Source: an uncultured Chloroflexia bacterium (GTDB lineage: Bacteria > Chloroflexota > Dormibacteria > Aeolococcales > Aeolococcaceae). Taken from it: 64,000 bases of DNA. This document shows, piece after piece, positions 10,632 to 19,392 of the stretch (positions are counted from its first letter, which is position 1; every line of letters begins with the position of its first letter). Below the pieces are notes generated by a model, which searched no databases, was not told the origin of the DNA, and worked only from the letters and a program-made list of their open reading frames with translations. The stretch is taken from the NCBI GenBank assembly GCA_963793875.1, contig CAWCBS010000014.1, forward strand, positions 90,088 to 154,087, in the 5' to 3' direction. The position numbers were made by a program, and so were the translations under genes.

Positions 10632-11787
10632 CCAGGACGGGTTGGGCCCTACACGGCGGCGGGCAGGCGCGTCTCCACGCGGCGCATGAGGGTGAGCCGG
10701 CGGCTACCTCGGGGATCCCGTCGCGGAAGCTCACCGTGTTGGTGTGCAGGGCGGGGATCCGCGGTCCGGGGACGACGATCCCCACTAGGTTCAGCGGATC
10801 GGCCGCCGAGAGGTTGACCAGCTCGCCGGCCGGTTGGCTCCGGCGCACCGAGCGCAGCATGTCGACCGCCTCGGGGAGCGCGTACTGCTCGCCGGCGAAG
10901 CCGTTGACGAAACGGCCGCCCCGCGCCGTGCCCCGCGCCTCCATGCGGCGCAGCGCCCAGAGGACGTCGCGCCAGGGGACGGCCAGCGTCTCGCGGGCCA
11001 GCAGGTCATGGAAGACCACGCCCCAGCGGGCCAGGAGCTGCTCCGCCACCGCCTCGGCCAGAGCGTCGCGATCCGCGACCGGCGCCGCCTCCGGCAGCAG
11101 CGACCAGCGCCCCTCCCCGGCGGCGATCCCGGCGGTGCCGCGCCGGAGGCCGCGTCCGTGGCGGGAGGCGCCGTGGCGGTGGCCGTCGAGCAGGGAGCGC
11201 ACCGCCGCGAAACCGTCGGCGGTGACCAGCCCCCGGCCGACCGCGTCCCACAGCCCCGCCACGACCTCGGTGGGGAGGCGTCGCGAGAGCGCGGCGACGT
11301 CGCCTGTGAAGAGCGCCCCGTGCTGGCGGAGCACCCCGATGACGTCGCGGGTGGCGCCGCTCTCGGGCTCGGAGGGCCGGGCGGCGCCGCGGGCCGCCTG
11401 GAGCAGCCAGGGCAGGTCGCCGCGCACCACCAGGGTCAGCGGCGTGGCCCGGGAGGGGAAGGGCCGGCTGCGCCCGCTCGCGTCCGGGTCGGCGTCGCGC
11501 ACCTTGAGCCGGCCCCAGGCCACGCTCCCCGAGAGGCAGAGGTCGTCGAGCCAGACCGGCCGGTACCCGGCGACGCGCCGGGGGAGGATCTCCGCCTCCC
11601 AGGCGCCGGCCGGAGCCTCGGTGCCCTGGAGCTGGGCGATGGCGGCGGCGACGCCGGCGCGGCCCTCTCGCTGCGCTACCCGCGGAGCCACCCCCTGCCA
11701 GCGGAGCAGGAAGCGCATCAGGTCGCGCGGGCTGACCGGGGCGATCTCGCGGCGCAGGCGCTCCCGCGTGTACGAGTGGATGCGCAT
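10441..11787 (-). pseudogene. lhr: C-terminal portion of Lhr-type helicase, separated from the upstream lhr ORF by a frame change
   Basis: This 448-aa ORF starts 25 nt after the stop of the 1062-aa lhr ORF, in a different frame. Its own frame remains open upstream of the ATG. Together the two ORFs come to about 1510 aa, the size of full-length Lhr. Confidence 0.5.
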
Positions 11788-11812
11788 CAGGAGCCGTCGC
11801 GAGCACCACTGC

Positions 11813-14800
11813 TCAGCCGTCGAGGTCGGGGTCGAAACGGCCGCGGACGGCGAAGCCCTCCGCCTCCAGCCGGGCCAGCCCGGAGGCGATCAGGCCGGCG
11901 GGGAGCGAGGTGGCGGCCGCGAGGTCGATCGCCGTCACCGCGCCGCACAGCTCCAGATGACCGCGCAGCGCCAGCGCCGCGGTCACCCCGGGGTCGTCGG
12001 TCTGGGCGCAGCCGGGAGGCGGCCGCAGGTCGGGATCGAAGCCGGCCGCGGGCAGCATGGCCTCGATCAGATGGCGCGACTCGACCGCGCACCAGAGGGT
12101 CGTGCCGGCCGCACTCACGCTGAGCGCCCTGCCGTCCGCCTCCAGCGTCTCGAACCACTCCCGCCAGCCGTCGCGCGGGAGGGTCACCACCAGCGCCAGG
12201 AGCAGGTCGTGCAGCTCCTCCGGGTCGCGCGGGTCGGCGGCGGCCTCGTCGCGGACCCGGACGATGGCGGCGGGGTCGAGGGCGGCCAGGTCGCGGGGGT
12301 CGATGGAGAGACCGCGCCGCAGCGGCACCGCCCGGCTCCTCCGTTCCTCGAGCGGGGCGTCGTCCAGGAACGTGTAGGGGTGGCCGTTCAGGATCTCGTG
12401 GGCCAGCACCGAGGGCTCGGTGGTGTCCCGGCAGGTGACCGAGATGGCGCCGCCCTCGATCTGGGCGACCAGCGCGCGCAGGGCGTCCACGTCCATCGCC
12501 TCGTGAAGGCAGTCGTGCATCGTCTGGCGCACCAGTGGGTGGTCCGGCGGCTCCACGGGCCCGGTGGGATTCTCGTTCTGGCAGGCGACCAGGGCCGGGA
12601 AGACCGCCGCCATCACGTCGTCGGACTGAAGGCGCTGGAGGGGGGCGGGGTTGCGCCGGCCGCCCTTGAAGCGCAGGACGGTCAGCGACCGGGTGAGCGT
12701 CCAGCGCCAGCGCACTGGGAACATCGGCGAGAAGATCACCGCGCGGCGCAGCACCTCCTCGACTGTCGCGGAGGCGAGGAACCGGGGCACGTCCTCGAGC
12801 GGCAGGCTGTGCTGGGGCCCGAGCGAGAGCAGCACCGCGTCGTCGCTGGCCGCAGCCTGGAGCTCGAAGTCGAAGGTCGCGCAGAAGCGCTTGCGCAGGG
12901 CCAGGCCGAGCCCGCGATTGAGCCGCGCCCCGAAGGGTGCGTGGACCACGATCTGGGTGCCGCCCAACTCGTCGAAGCAGCGTTCCAGGACGATCCGCTC
13001 GCGGGTGGGCAGCAGCCCGAGCGCGGCCCGGCCCGCGGCCAGGTACGCGACCACCTGCGCGGCCACCTCCTCGGAGACGCCGCAGCGGGCGACCAGCCCG
13101 GCCCCGGCTGCCTGCGGATCCCCTCGGGAGAGCGCCTCGTCGACCAGGGCGCGGAGGGCCGACACCTCCTCGGAGAGCTCGCGCGTGCGTCCTGGGGCCT
13201 CCCCCAGCCAGAAGGGGACCGAGGGCGGCACACCCTGGGCGTCGACCACCCGCACCGTGCCCGCGCTGACCCGGGTGATCCGCCAGGAGGTGCTGCCCAG
13301 CAGGAAGACGTCGCCCGCCATCGACTCGACCGCCCAGTCCTCGTTGACGCTGCCCACCACGGTCTCGTCGGGCTCGGCAACCACGCGGTAGTCGCCGCTC
13401 TCCGGGATCGCCCCGCCCGAGGTGAGCGCGGCCAGCCGGGCGCCCCGCCGGGCCCGGAGCCGGCGATGGACGCGGTCGCGGTGGAGGTACGCGCCGGCGG
13501 CGCCCCGCCCGGTGACGACCCCGGTGGAGAGCAGCTCCACCACCTCGTCGAAGTCCTCCCGGGCCAGGGAGGCGAAGGGCGCCGCCCGCCGGGCCAGGTG
13601 ATACAGCTCATCCTCCGCCACCCCGGGGTCGGCGATGGCGTCGTCTCCTCCGGCGCGCGGGGCCCGCTGCCACTCGGGGCGGCCGGCGGTCCCGGTCAGC
13701 CCCACCCCTGCGGGCGAGCGCGCCGCGCATTCGGCGACCAGCTGCTGGGCAAGGATGTCGAGCGGCGCGACCGGGGGCTCGATCGCATCCAGCCGCCCCG
13801 CGCGCACCCCGGCGAGCAGCGCGCAACACTCCACCAGGTCGTCGCGGGTCATCGGGAAGAGGCGTCCCTTGGGGATGGCACCCCGCCGATGGCCGGAGCG
13901 GCCCACCCGCTGCAGGAAGGTGGCCAGGCTCCGCGGCGAGGCGATCTGGCAGACCATGTCGACCGGCCCGATGTCGATGCCCAGCTCCAGCGACGCGGTG
14001 GCCACCAGGGCGCGCAGCTCACCGGCGCGCAGGCGCGATTCGACCAGGCTGCGGCGCTCCCGGGAGAGGCTGCCGTGGTGAGCCATCACCGCGTCGTCGC
14101 CGAGCCGCGCGGCCAGCAGGTGGGCGATGCGCTCGGACATCCGCCGGGTGTTGACGAAGACGAGCGTGGTGCGGTGCGCCGCCACCTGGGTGGCGATGCG
14201 CCCGACGATGTCGTCCAGCTGCTCCCGGCTGGCGACCGCGCCCAGCTCCTCCTCGGGGAGCTCGATGGCGATGTCGAGCGCGCGCCGGTGGCCGGTGTCG
14301 ACGATGGCGCAGCGGGGCCGACCCGCGGCGTCCTCGCGGTCCGGGCTGGCGCCCACCAGGAGCCGGGCGATGGTCTCGATGGGGCGCTGGGTGGCGGAGA
14401 GGCCGACCCGCACCGGTGGCTGCGCGCAGAGGGCGTCCAGGCGCTCCAGGGTCAGGGCCAGATGGGCTCCGCGCTTGTCCCGCGCCACGGCGTGGATCTC
14501 GTCGACGATGACGGTGCGCACCTTACCCAGGGTGGCGCGGCTGCGCGCCGCGGTGACCAGCAGGTAGAGGGACTCCGGGGTGGTGACCAGGAAGTTGGGC
14601 GGGCGACGGGTCATCGCCGCCCGCGCTGAGGGCGGGGTGTCCCCGGTGCGGACCTCGACCCGTAGCGCCGGTGCCGGCATCCCCAGCGAGGCGGCCACCT
14701 CGGCGATCTCCCGCAGCGGCACCTCGAGGTTCTGGTGGACGTCCACGGCCAGCGCCTTGAGTGGCGAGACGTAGACGACCTGGGTGACCCCCTCCACGGT

Positions 14801-15001
14801 CTCCCCGGCGGCGGCGGCGCGGTACAGCTCGTCGATCGCGGTGAGGAAGCCGGCCAGGGTCTTGCCCGAGCCGGTGGGGGCGGCGATCAGGGTCGACTCG
14901 CGGGCCGCGATGTGCGGCCAGCCCTCGGCCTGCGCCGGGGTCGGGCCCTCCGGGAACCGTGCTTCGAACCACGCCCGCACCGCGGGATGGAGAAGGCTCA
15001 T
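11813..15001 (-). CDS. lhr: ATP-dependent helicase Lhr (N-terminal/core portion; DEAD/DEAH-box SF2)
   Basis: Starts MSLLHPAVRAWFEARFPEG…APTGSGKTLAGFL (Walker A). The ATG at 15001 was chosen; the track ORF extends to 15400 with a junk-like N-terminus. Confidence 0.8.
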   Translation of the reverse strand: MSLLHPAVRAWFEARFPEGPTPAQAEGWPHIAARESTLIAAPTGSGKTLAGFLTAIDELYRAAAAGETVEGVTQVVYVSPLKALAVDVHQNLEVPLREIAEVAASLGMPAPALRVEVRTGDTPPSARAAMTRRPPNFLVTTPESLYLLVTAARSRATLGKVRTVIVDEIHAVARDKRGAHLALTLERLDALCAQPPVRVGLSATQRPIETIARLLVGASPDREDAAGRPRCAIVDTGHRRALDIAIELPEEELGAVASREQLDDIVGRIATQVAAHRTTLVFVNTRRMSERIAHLLAARLGDDAVMAHHGSLSRERRSLVESRLRAGELRALVATASLELGIDIGPVDMVCQIASPRSLATFLQRVGRSGHRRGAIPKGRLFPMTRDDLVECCALLAGVRAGRLDAIEPPVAPLDILAQQLVAECAARSPAGVGLTGTAGRPEWQRAPRAGGDDAIADPGVAEDELYHLARRAAPFASLAREDFDEVVELLSTGVVTGRGAAGAYLHRDRVHRRLRARRGARLAALTSGGAIPESGDYRVVAEPDETVVGSVNEDWAVESMAGDVFLLGSTSWRITRVSAGTVRVVDAQGVPPSVPFWLGEAPGRTRELSEEVSALRALVDEALSRGDPQAAGAGLVARCGVSEEVAAQVVAYLAAGRAALGLLPTRERIVLERCFDELGGTQIVVHAPFGARLNRGLGLALRKRFCATFDFELQAAASDDAVLLSLGPQHSLPLEDVPRFLASATVEEVLRRAVIFSPMFPVRWRWTLTRSLTVLRFKGGRRNPAPLQRLQSDDVMAAVFPALVACQNENPTGPVEPPDHPLVRQTMHDCLHEAMDVDALRALVAQIEGGAISVTCRDTTEPSVLAHEILNGHPYTFLDDAPLEERRSRAVPLRRGLSIDPRDLAALDPAAIVRVRDEAAADPRDPEELHDLLLALVVTLPRDGWREWFETLEADGRALSVSAAGTTLWCAVESRHLIEAMLPAAGFDPDLRPPPGCAQTDDPGVTAALALRGHLELCGAVTAIDLAAATSLPAGLIASGLARLEAEGFAVRGRFDPDLDG

Positions 15002-15179
15002 CGAGGCAAGGTAGCACCGGGTGGCCGGCGGAGCGCCGCGCACCGCGGACGCGGGAGGGAGAGGGGCTGTGGCTCTCCTCGGATCCTTCTCGTGACGGAG
15101 TATTCGTGACGAAATGCGTCTTCGAGAAGGCGCGGAGGCAGCCGGCCAGAAACCGGCTCCGCCGCCTCGACGCTGAGGT

Positions 15180-15795
15180 CTACTCGAGCGGCTCCGGGTT
15201 GGCGACGACCAGGTCAAACGAGCTCGGCGGCCGCACCTGCGTGAGGTAGTGGCGTTCCGCCGCATCCCAGCGCTCGTACCAGGAGTTGATTCCACCATCC
15301 CGCAGCGCCACCCGTGCTCGGCGCACTTCCGGCGGCGCTTCCACCAGGATCGAGAGGGAGACGAGGTCGGCGAACTCGGGACCGGCCGAGTAGATGCCAT
15401 CCAGGATGACCACGGCCGCAGGCTGCACCACGGTCAACGCGGATGCAAGACCGCCGGCGTCCCAGTCGTAGGGGTGCCATGCCGCGACCCTCCCCGCCAT
15501 GAGCGGTTCGATCGCCTCCTGCCGAAGACGCACCGAGTTCGATGCAGTGGTCGGCGTCTTCGGCAACCGTCCGCGCGTCCCAGACGACGGCGGAGTCGCC
15601 GGCGTAGAAGTCGTCGCCGTCCACGACCACCCCGTCGACGGCAGCCGCGACCCGGGCGGCGATGTGGGACTTTCCAGCCCCGCTGTGCCCGTCGAGGGCG
15701 ACCAGGATCGGGGTGACGCCCTCATCGAGCCGGCGCATGATCCGCGTGGCAATCAGCTTCACAGCCGTTGCGTCGGAATCGCTCACGGCGGCCAA
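15180..15795 (-). pseudogene. Uridine-kinase/phosphoribulokinase-family P-loop kinase with an apparent +1 frameshift mid-gene
   Basis: The N-terminal frame has a Walker A (LDGHSGAGKSH…DGDDFYAG…DADH). The C-terminal frame (…LMAGRVAAWHPYDWDAGG…VVILDGIYSAGPEF…RRARVALRDG…) matches Udk-family C-terminal motifs. The frames switch near 15530-15560. The N-terminal start (TTG or GTG at ~15795/15786) is uncertain. Confidence 0.5.
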
Positions 15796-15803
15796 GTCTA
15801 TGG

Positions 15804-16682
15804 TCAGCGGAGCAGCCGGGACATCCGCCGGTCGGCGTAGATCCTGCCCCCGGTCTGGCACCCCGGGCAGTACTGGAAGGAGCGCGACGCCAGCGACACT
15901 TCGCGCACCGTGTCGCCGCAGACGGGGCAGGCTTCCCCGGTCCGGCCGTGCACCCGCAACCCGGCGCGCTTGGCATCCTTGAGCCCCTCGATGTCGTGGG
16001 CCCGGGCCTGCGCCAGGGCGGCGTCGAGCGTCTGGCGGAGCTCCGTCAGCAGCCGCTCGAGGGCGTCGTCGTCGAGCCGCTCGGCCCGGGCGAAGGGGGA
16101 GAGGCGGGCGGCGTGCAGGATCTCGTCGGAGTAGGCGTTGCCCACCCCCGCGATGAGACCCTGATCGGCGAGCGCGTTCTTGAGCATTCCCGGACGGCTG
16201 CGCAGCAGCTCCCCGAGCCGCCGGGCGTCCAATCCCGGGTCCAGGGCGTCCACCCCCAGCCGGCCCACCCCGGGGACCTCCGCGGGATCTCGGACCACGT
16301 AGAGGGCGAGCCGCTTCTCGGTGCCCTGCTCGGTGACGTCGAGGCCGGTCCCGTCGTCGAAGCGGAGCCGGGCCGCCAGCGGCCCGCGCTGAGCCAGGCG
16401 GGTGTCGGAGGCGTTCTCCCGCCATCGGACCCAGCCTCCCCGGCTCAGGTGGGCGACCAGGTGGAGGGAGGGTCCGGTGCCGCCGGGGGCCGCCGCCTCG
16501 AGGTCGAGGAACTTGCCGTGACGCCCCACTCCGGCGACCGCGCGGCCGGCGAGCGCCGTCACGGGTGGGTCGTACGTCTTGAGCGCGGCGATGGACACGA
16601 CCGTCAGCGAGGCGATGCACCGCCCTCGGAGGCGGCGGTCGAGGCTCTCGGCGAGCGCCTGGACTTCGGGAAGCTCGGGCAT
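15804..16682 (-). CDS. mutM: Formamidopyrimidine-DNA glycosylase
   Basis: MPELPEVQ at the N-terminus and a C-terminal zinc finger (CPVCG…CPGCQ). Confidence 0.9.
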   Translation of the reverse strand: MPELPEVQALAESLDRRLRGRCIASLTVVSIAALKTYDPPVTALAGRAVAGVGRHGKFLDLEAAAPGGTGPSLHLVAHLSRGGWVRWRENASDTRLAQRGPLAARLRFDDGTGLDVTEQGTEKRLALYVVRDPAEVPGVGRLGVDALDPGLDARRLGELLRSRPGMLKNALADQGLIAGVGNAYSDEILHAARLSPFARAERLDDDALERLLTELRQTLDAALAQARAHDIEGLKDAKRAGLRVHGRTGEACPVCGDTVREVSLASRSFQYCPGCQTGGRIYADRRMSRLLR

Positions 16683-16712
16683 GGCCGCCGGCTCCGCTCC
16701 CGCGGGACCCGG

Positions 16713-17384
16713 TTACCCGGCGTCCGCAGGGGGACAGCCGGTCTCATCGGTATTCGTGATCGCGTAGAGGGAGGTGGAGAGATCGGGCTCTCCACCGCTC
16801 ACGCAATCGACATCGTCCACCAGGTAGCCTCCGCCCTCCTCCTGGACCTCCGATATGGCCAGGGGGATCGTCGTGCCGCCGTCGCTCAGCACAACATAGA
16901 CGATGGCGCCGGTCGGGTCCGCGGTCCAGCTGCTGATCGTGAGGTCCGCAAAGGGCGCCTGGCAGCCGCGGCAGAAGGGATCCGAGCCGCCGCCTCCGGC
17001 GTTGTGTGCCCAGCTTGCATCGGGGAACACCGGGAGGCGCTCGGTCAGCCGGGGGGTCAGCGGGCACGAGGCGGTGGTGGTCAGGCAGTCGAGGCGTCCC
17101 GTGGACGGCGTCCCCCCGCCCGCGTACAGCGCCAGGGCCACCTGATCGGGCTGGGTCGGGTCGAGGCTGGCCGAGGCCGGGGTGGGCGATGGTGTCGGGG
17201 TCGATGCCGGGGAGATGGCGGGCGTCGCCGGCACCGATGGGGGTTCGGATGGGGTGGGAGACGCCGGACTGGTGGGCGACCGGGAGATGGTCGGGGAGGA
17301 GTCGGACGGCGAGCCGCACCCGAGCGCGGCGCCTGCCAGGGCGGCGATCGCCACCAGTCGCCAGGCTCGGGCACCCCAGGGCAT
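16713..17384 (-). CDS. Putative lipoprotein with a Pro/Ser/Thr-rich linker
   Basis: Signal peptide with a lipobox (…AALAGAALGCGSP). The internal Met at 17384 was chosen over the longer track start. Confidence 0.55.
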   Translation of the reverse strand: MPWGARAWRLVAIAALAGAALGCGSPSDSSPTISRSPTSPASPTPSEPPSVPATPAISPASTPTPSPTPASASLDPTQPDQVALALYAGGGTPSTGRLDCLTTTASCPLTPRLTERLPVFPDASWAHNAGGGGSDPFCRGCQAPFADLTISSWTADPTGAIVYVVLSDGGTTIPLAISEVQEEGGGYLVDDVDCVSGGEPDLSTSLYAITNTDETGCPPADAG

Positions 17385-17483
17385 CAAGACGGCGCGGATT
17401 CTATCGCGGCCGCCGCGGCTCCGCCGGGACCCCTTCGGATGGAACAATCCGGGGACGCGGCAGAGCACGGAGGTTGCCTACCG

Positions 17484-18113
17484 ATGGGCGTCGTGGAGCG
17501 TCCCGGCAAGATCGTCTGCGTGGGACGGAACTACCGCGAGCACGCCGACGAGCTCGGCCACGCCCTCGCGCGCGACCCGATCCTCTTCCTCAAGCCGCCC
17601 TCGTCGGTGATCGGGGACGGGGACGCCATCGTGCTCCCCCGGCTGCCGGCCGGTCTCTCCCGGATCGACTACGAGGGCGAGTTGGTCGCCATCGTCGGCG
17701 GCCGCCTCCGCCACGCCAGCCCCGCGGCCGCCCTGGAGGGGGTGCGCGGCTACACCTGCGGCAACGACGTCACCGCGCGGGAGATCCAGGCCGCCGAGGA
17801 GCAGTGGACGCGGGCCAAGGGGTTCGACACCTTCTGCGCCCTGGGGCCCCGGGTGGCTTCCGTGGACCCCTCCGACGCCGCCATCCTCACCCGGGTCAAT
17901 GGCGAGTTGCGGCAGCGGGCGAACAGCCGCGAGATGTTGCTCGGGGTCGGCGAGCTGCTCGCCTACATCAGCGATTGCATGACTCTCGAACCGGGCGATG
18001 CGGTCTTCACCGGGACCCCGGCCGGGGTGGGGCCGCTGCGGGACGGGGACGTCGTGGAGGTCGAGATCGGGGGGATCGGGATTCTCCGCAACCCGGTCCG
18101 GGCCGAGTCCTGA
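17484..18113 (+). CDS. Fumarylacetoacetate hydrolase (FAH) family protein
   Basis: A 209-aa FAH-fold sequence (…IVCVGRNYREHA…FLKPPSS…GELV…). A GGAGG Shine-Dalgarno lies ~8 nt upstream of the ATG at 17484. Confidence 0.8.
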   Translation: MGVVERPGKIVCVGRNYREHADELGHALARDPILFLKPPSSVIGDGDAIVLPRLPAGLSRIDYEGELVAIVGGRLRHASPAAALEGVRGYTCGNDVTAREIQAAEEQWTRAKGFDTFCALGPRVASVDPSDAAILTRVNGELRQRANSREMLLGVGELLAYISDCMTLEPGDAVFTGTPAGVGPLRDGDVVEVEIGGIGILRNPVRAES

Positions 18114-18180
18114 CGCTATGCCCGATGCCCTCGACGGTGTACCGTTGCGAGCACCCGGGGCCCACGACACGGAGGAGGGC

Positions 18181-18873
18181 ATGAGCGTCTCGTCGCCTGC
18201 CGCCACGCTCGGAGTTGCGCACGCGCATGCCGACGAGGATGTCCTCTGCATCCCCCGGACCACCATCTTCCCGGGCAACGTCTGGCACGGCCTGGTCACC
18301 CGCGGCCTCGAGCGGGTGCTGCGCACCATCCGCGCCGCCAGCGAGTACCGGCCGCGGCACCTGGTCGAGGACGACCCCTCCCAGCAGCAGGTGATCCCCT
18401 ACTGCATCGTCCACCATCCCGACGACGATACCTACCTGATCACCCGGCGGCTGCGTCACTCCAGCGAGCGGCGGCTGCACAACCTCTACTCGCTGGGGGT
18501 GGGGGGGCACGTCAACCCCGGGGACGGGGAGCGGTTCGACCCGGTGGTGGGCGGGCTGATGCGCGAGTGGCAGGAGGAGATCGTCTGCCCGGCGCCGGCC
18601 ACGGCCCGGCTGGTGGCCCTCCTCAACGAGGACTCCACCCCGGTGGGGCGGGTTCACCTCGGCCTGGTCTTCCTGGTGGAGCCCGAGGCCGGCCCGGTGG
18701 CGGTGCGGGAGACCCACAAGCTCGAGGGCGAGACCATGAGCCTGGAGGCCATGCGCCGCTACTACCTCAGCATGGAGTTGTGGTCCCAGCTCTGCTACGA
18801 CGACCTGCTGGCGGGGGCGCCGGCGCGCGCCGAGCGGAGCCCCCTGGTGGTGGAGCTGCCGCCCGCCCCCTGA
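18181..18873 (+). CDS. Hypothetical protein, possibly a Nudix-like hydrolase (imperfect Nudix box)
   Basis: GGAGG Shine-Dalgarno before the ATG at 18181. GGHVNPGDGE…REWQEEIV loosely resembles a Nudix box but does not fit the canonical spacing. Confidence 0.4.
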   Translation: MSVSSPAATLGVAHAHADEDVLCIPRTTIFPGNVWHGLVTRGLERVLRTIRAASEYRPRHLVEDDPSQQQVIPYCIVHHPDDDTYLITRRLRHSSERRLHNLYSLGVGGHVNPGDGERFDPVVGGLMREWQEEIVCPAPATARLVALLNEDSTPVGRVHLGLVFLVEPEAGPVAVRETHKLEGETMSLEAMRRYYLSMELWSQLCYDDLLAGAPARAERSPLVVELPPAP

Positions 18874-18999
18874 GCGCCGCGACGGGGATCTGGGTTGGCC
18901 GCCCTCAGCGCCGGTCCGGCCGAGGAGGCGTCGCCGTCGCATGCCGCCGGATGGTCCGCTCGACGCGGGCGTCGCGTAGCCGCCCGTATACTCCCGCCC

Positions 19000-19275
19000 A
19001 TGCCAGTCAACGTTCGCGTCCCCGGTCCGCTGCGCCGGCTCACCGCCGGCAGCTCCCAGGTCGTGGTCGAGGGCGGCACCGTCGCCGCGGCCCTGGCCGA
19101 CCTCGAGGTCCGGTTCCCGGGCTTCCGGGATCGCCTCTACGACGGCGACGGCAAGCTCCGTCAGTTCATCAACATCTACGTCAACGACGCCGACATCCGC
19201 TTCGGCGGCGGGCTGGACACCCCGGTCACCGAGGGTGACGACATCTCCATCGTCCCGGCCGTCGCCGGCGGCTGA
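19000..19275 (+). CDS. MoaD/ThiS-family ubiquitin-like sulfur-carrier protein with a C-terminal Gly-Gly
   Basis: 91 aa, ending …ISIVPAVAGG. The beta-grasp pattern is MoaD/ThiS-like. It lies directly upstream of mnmA. Confidence 0.65.
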   Translation: MPVNVRVPGPLRRLTAGSSQVVVEGGTVAAALADLEVRFPGFRDRLYDGDGKLRQFINIYVNDADIRFGGGLDTPVTEGDDISIVPAVAGG

Positions 19276-19392
19276 GCCGGGCTCGGCTGGGGCCGTACGG
19301 GCGCCCTGCGCGACCCGCCCGGACGGCCATGGGGTCGGTCGGCGGGAGGTGGGTCGGGCGGAGACGCCCCGGTAGACTCGCGTAGGCTTTCG

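Noticed and set aside
10736-14629. 1297-aa plus-strand ORF antisense to lhr
   Set aside because: It overlaps the strongly supported Lhr helicase on the opposite strand. It has low-complexity Arg/Ala/Gly composition and no recognisable domains. This is a high-GC artefact.
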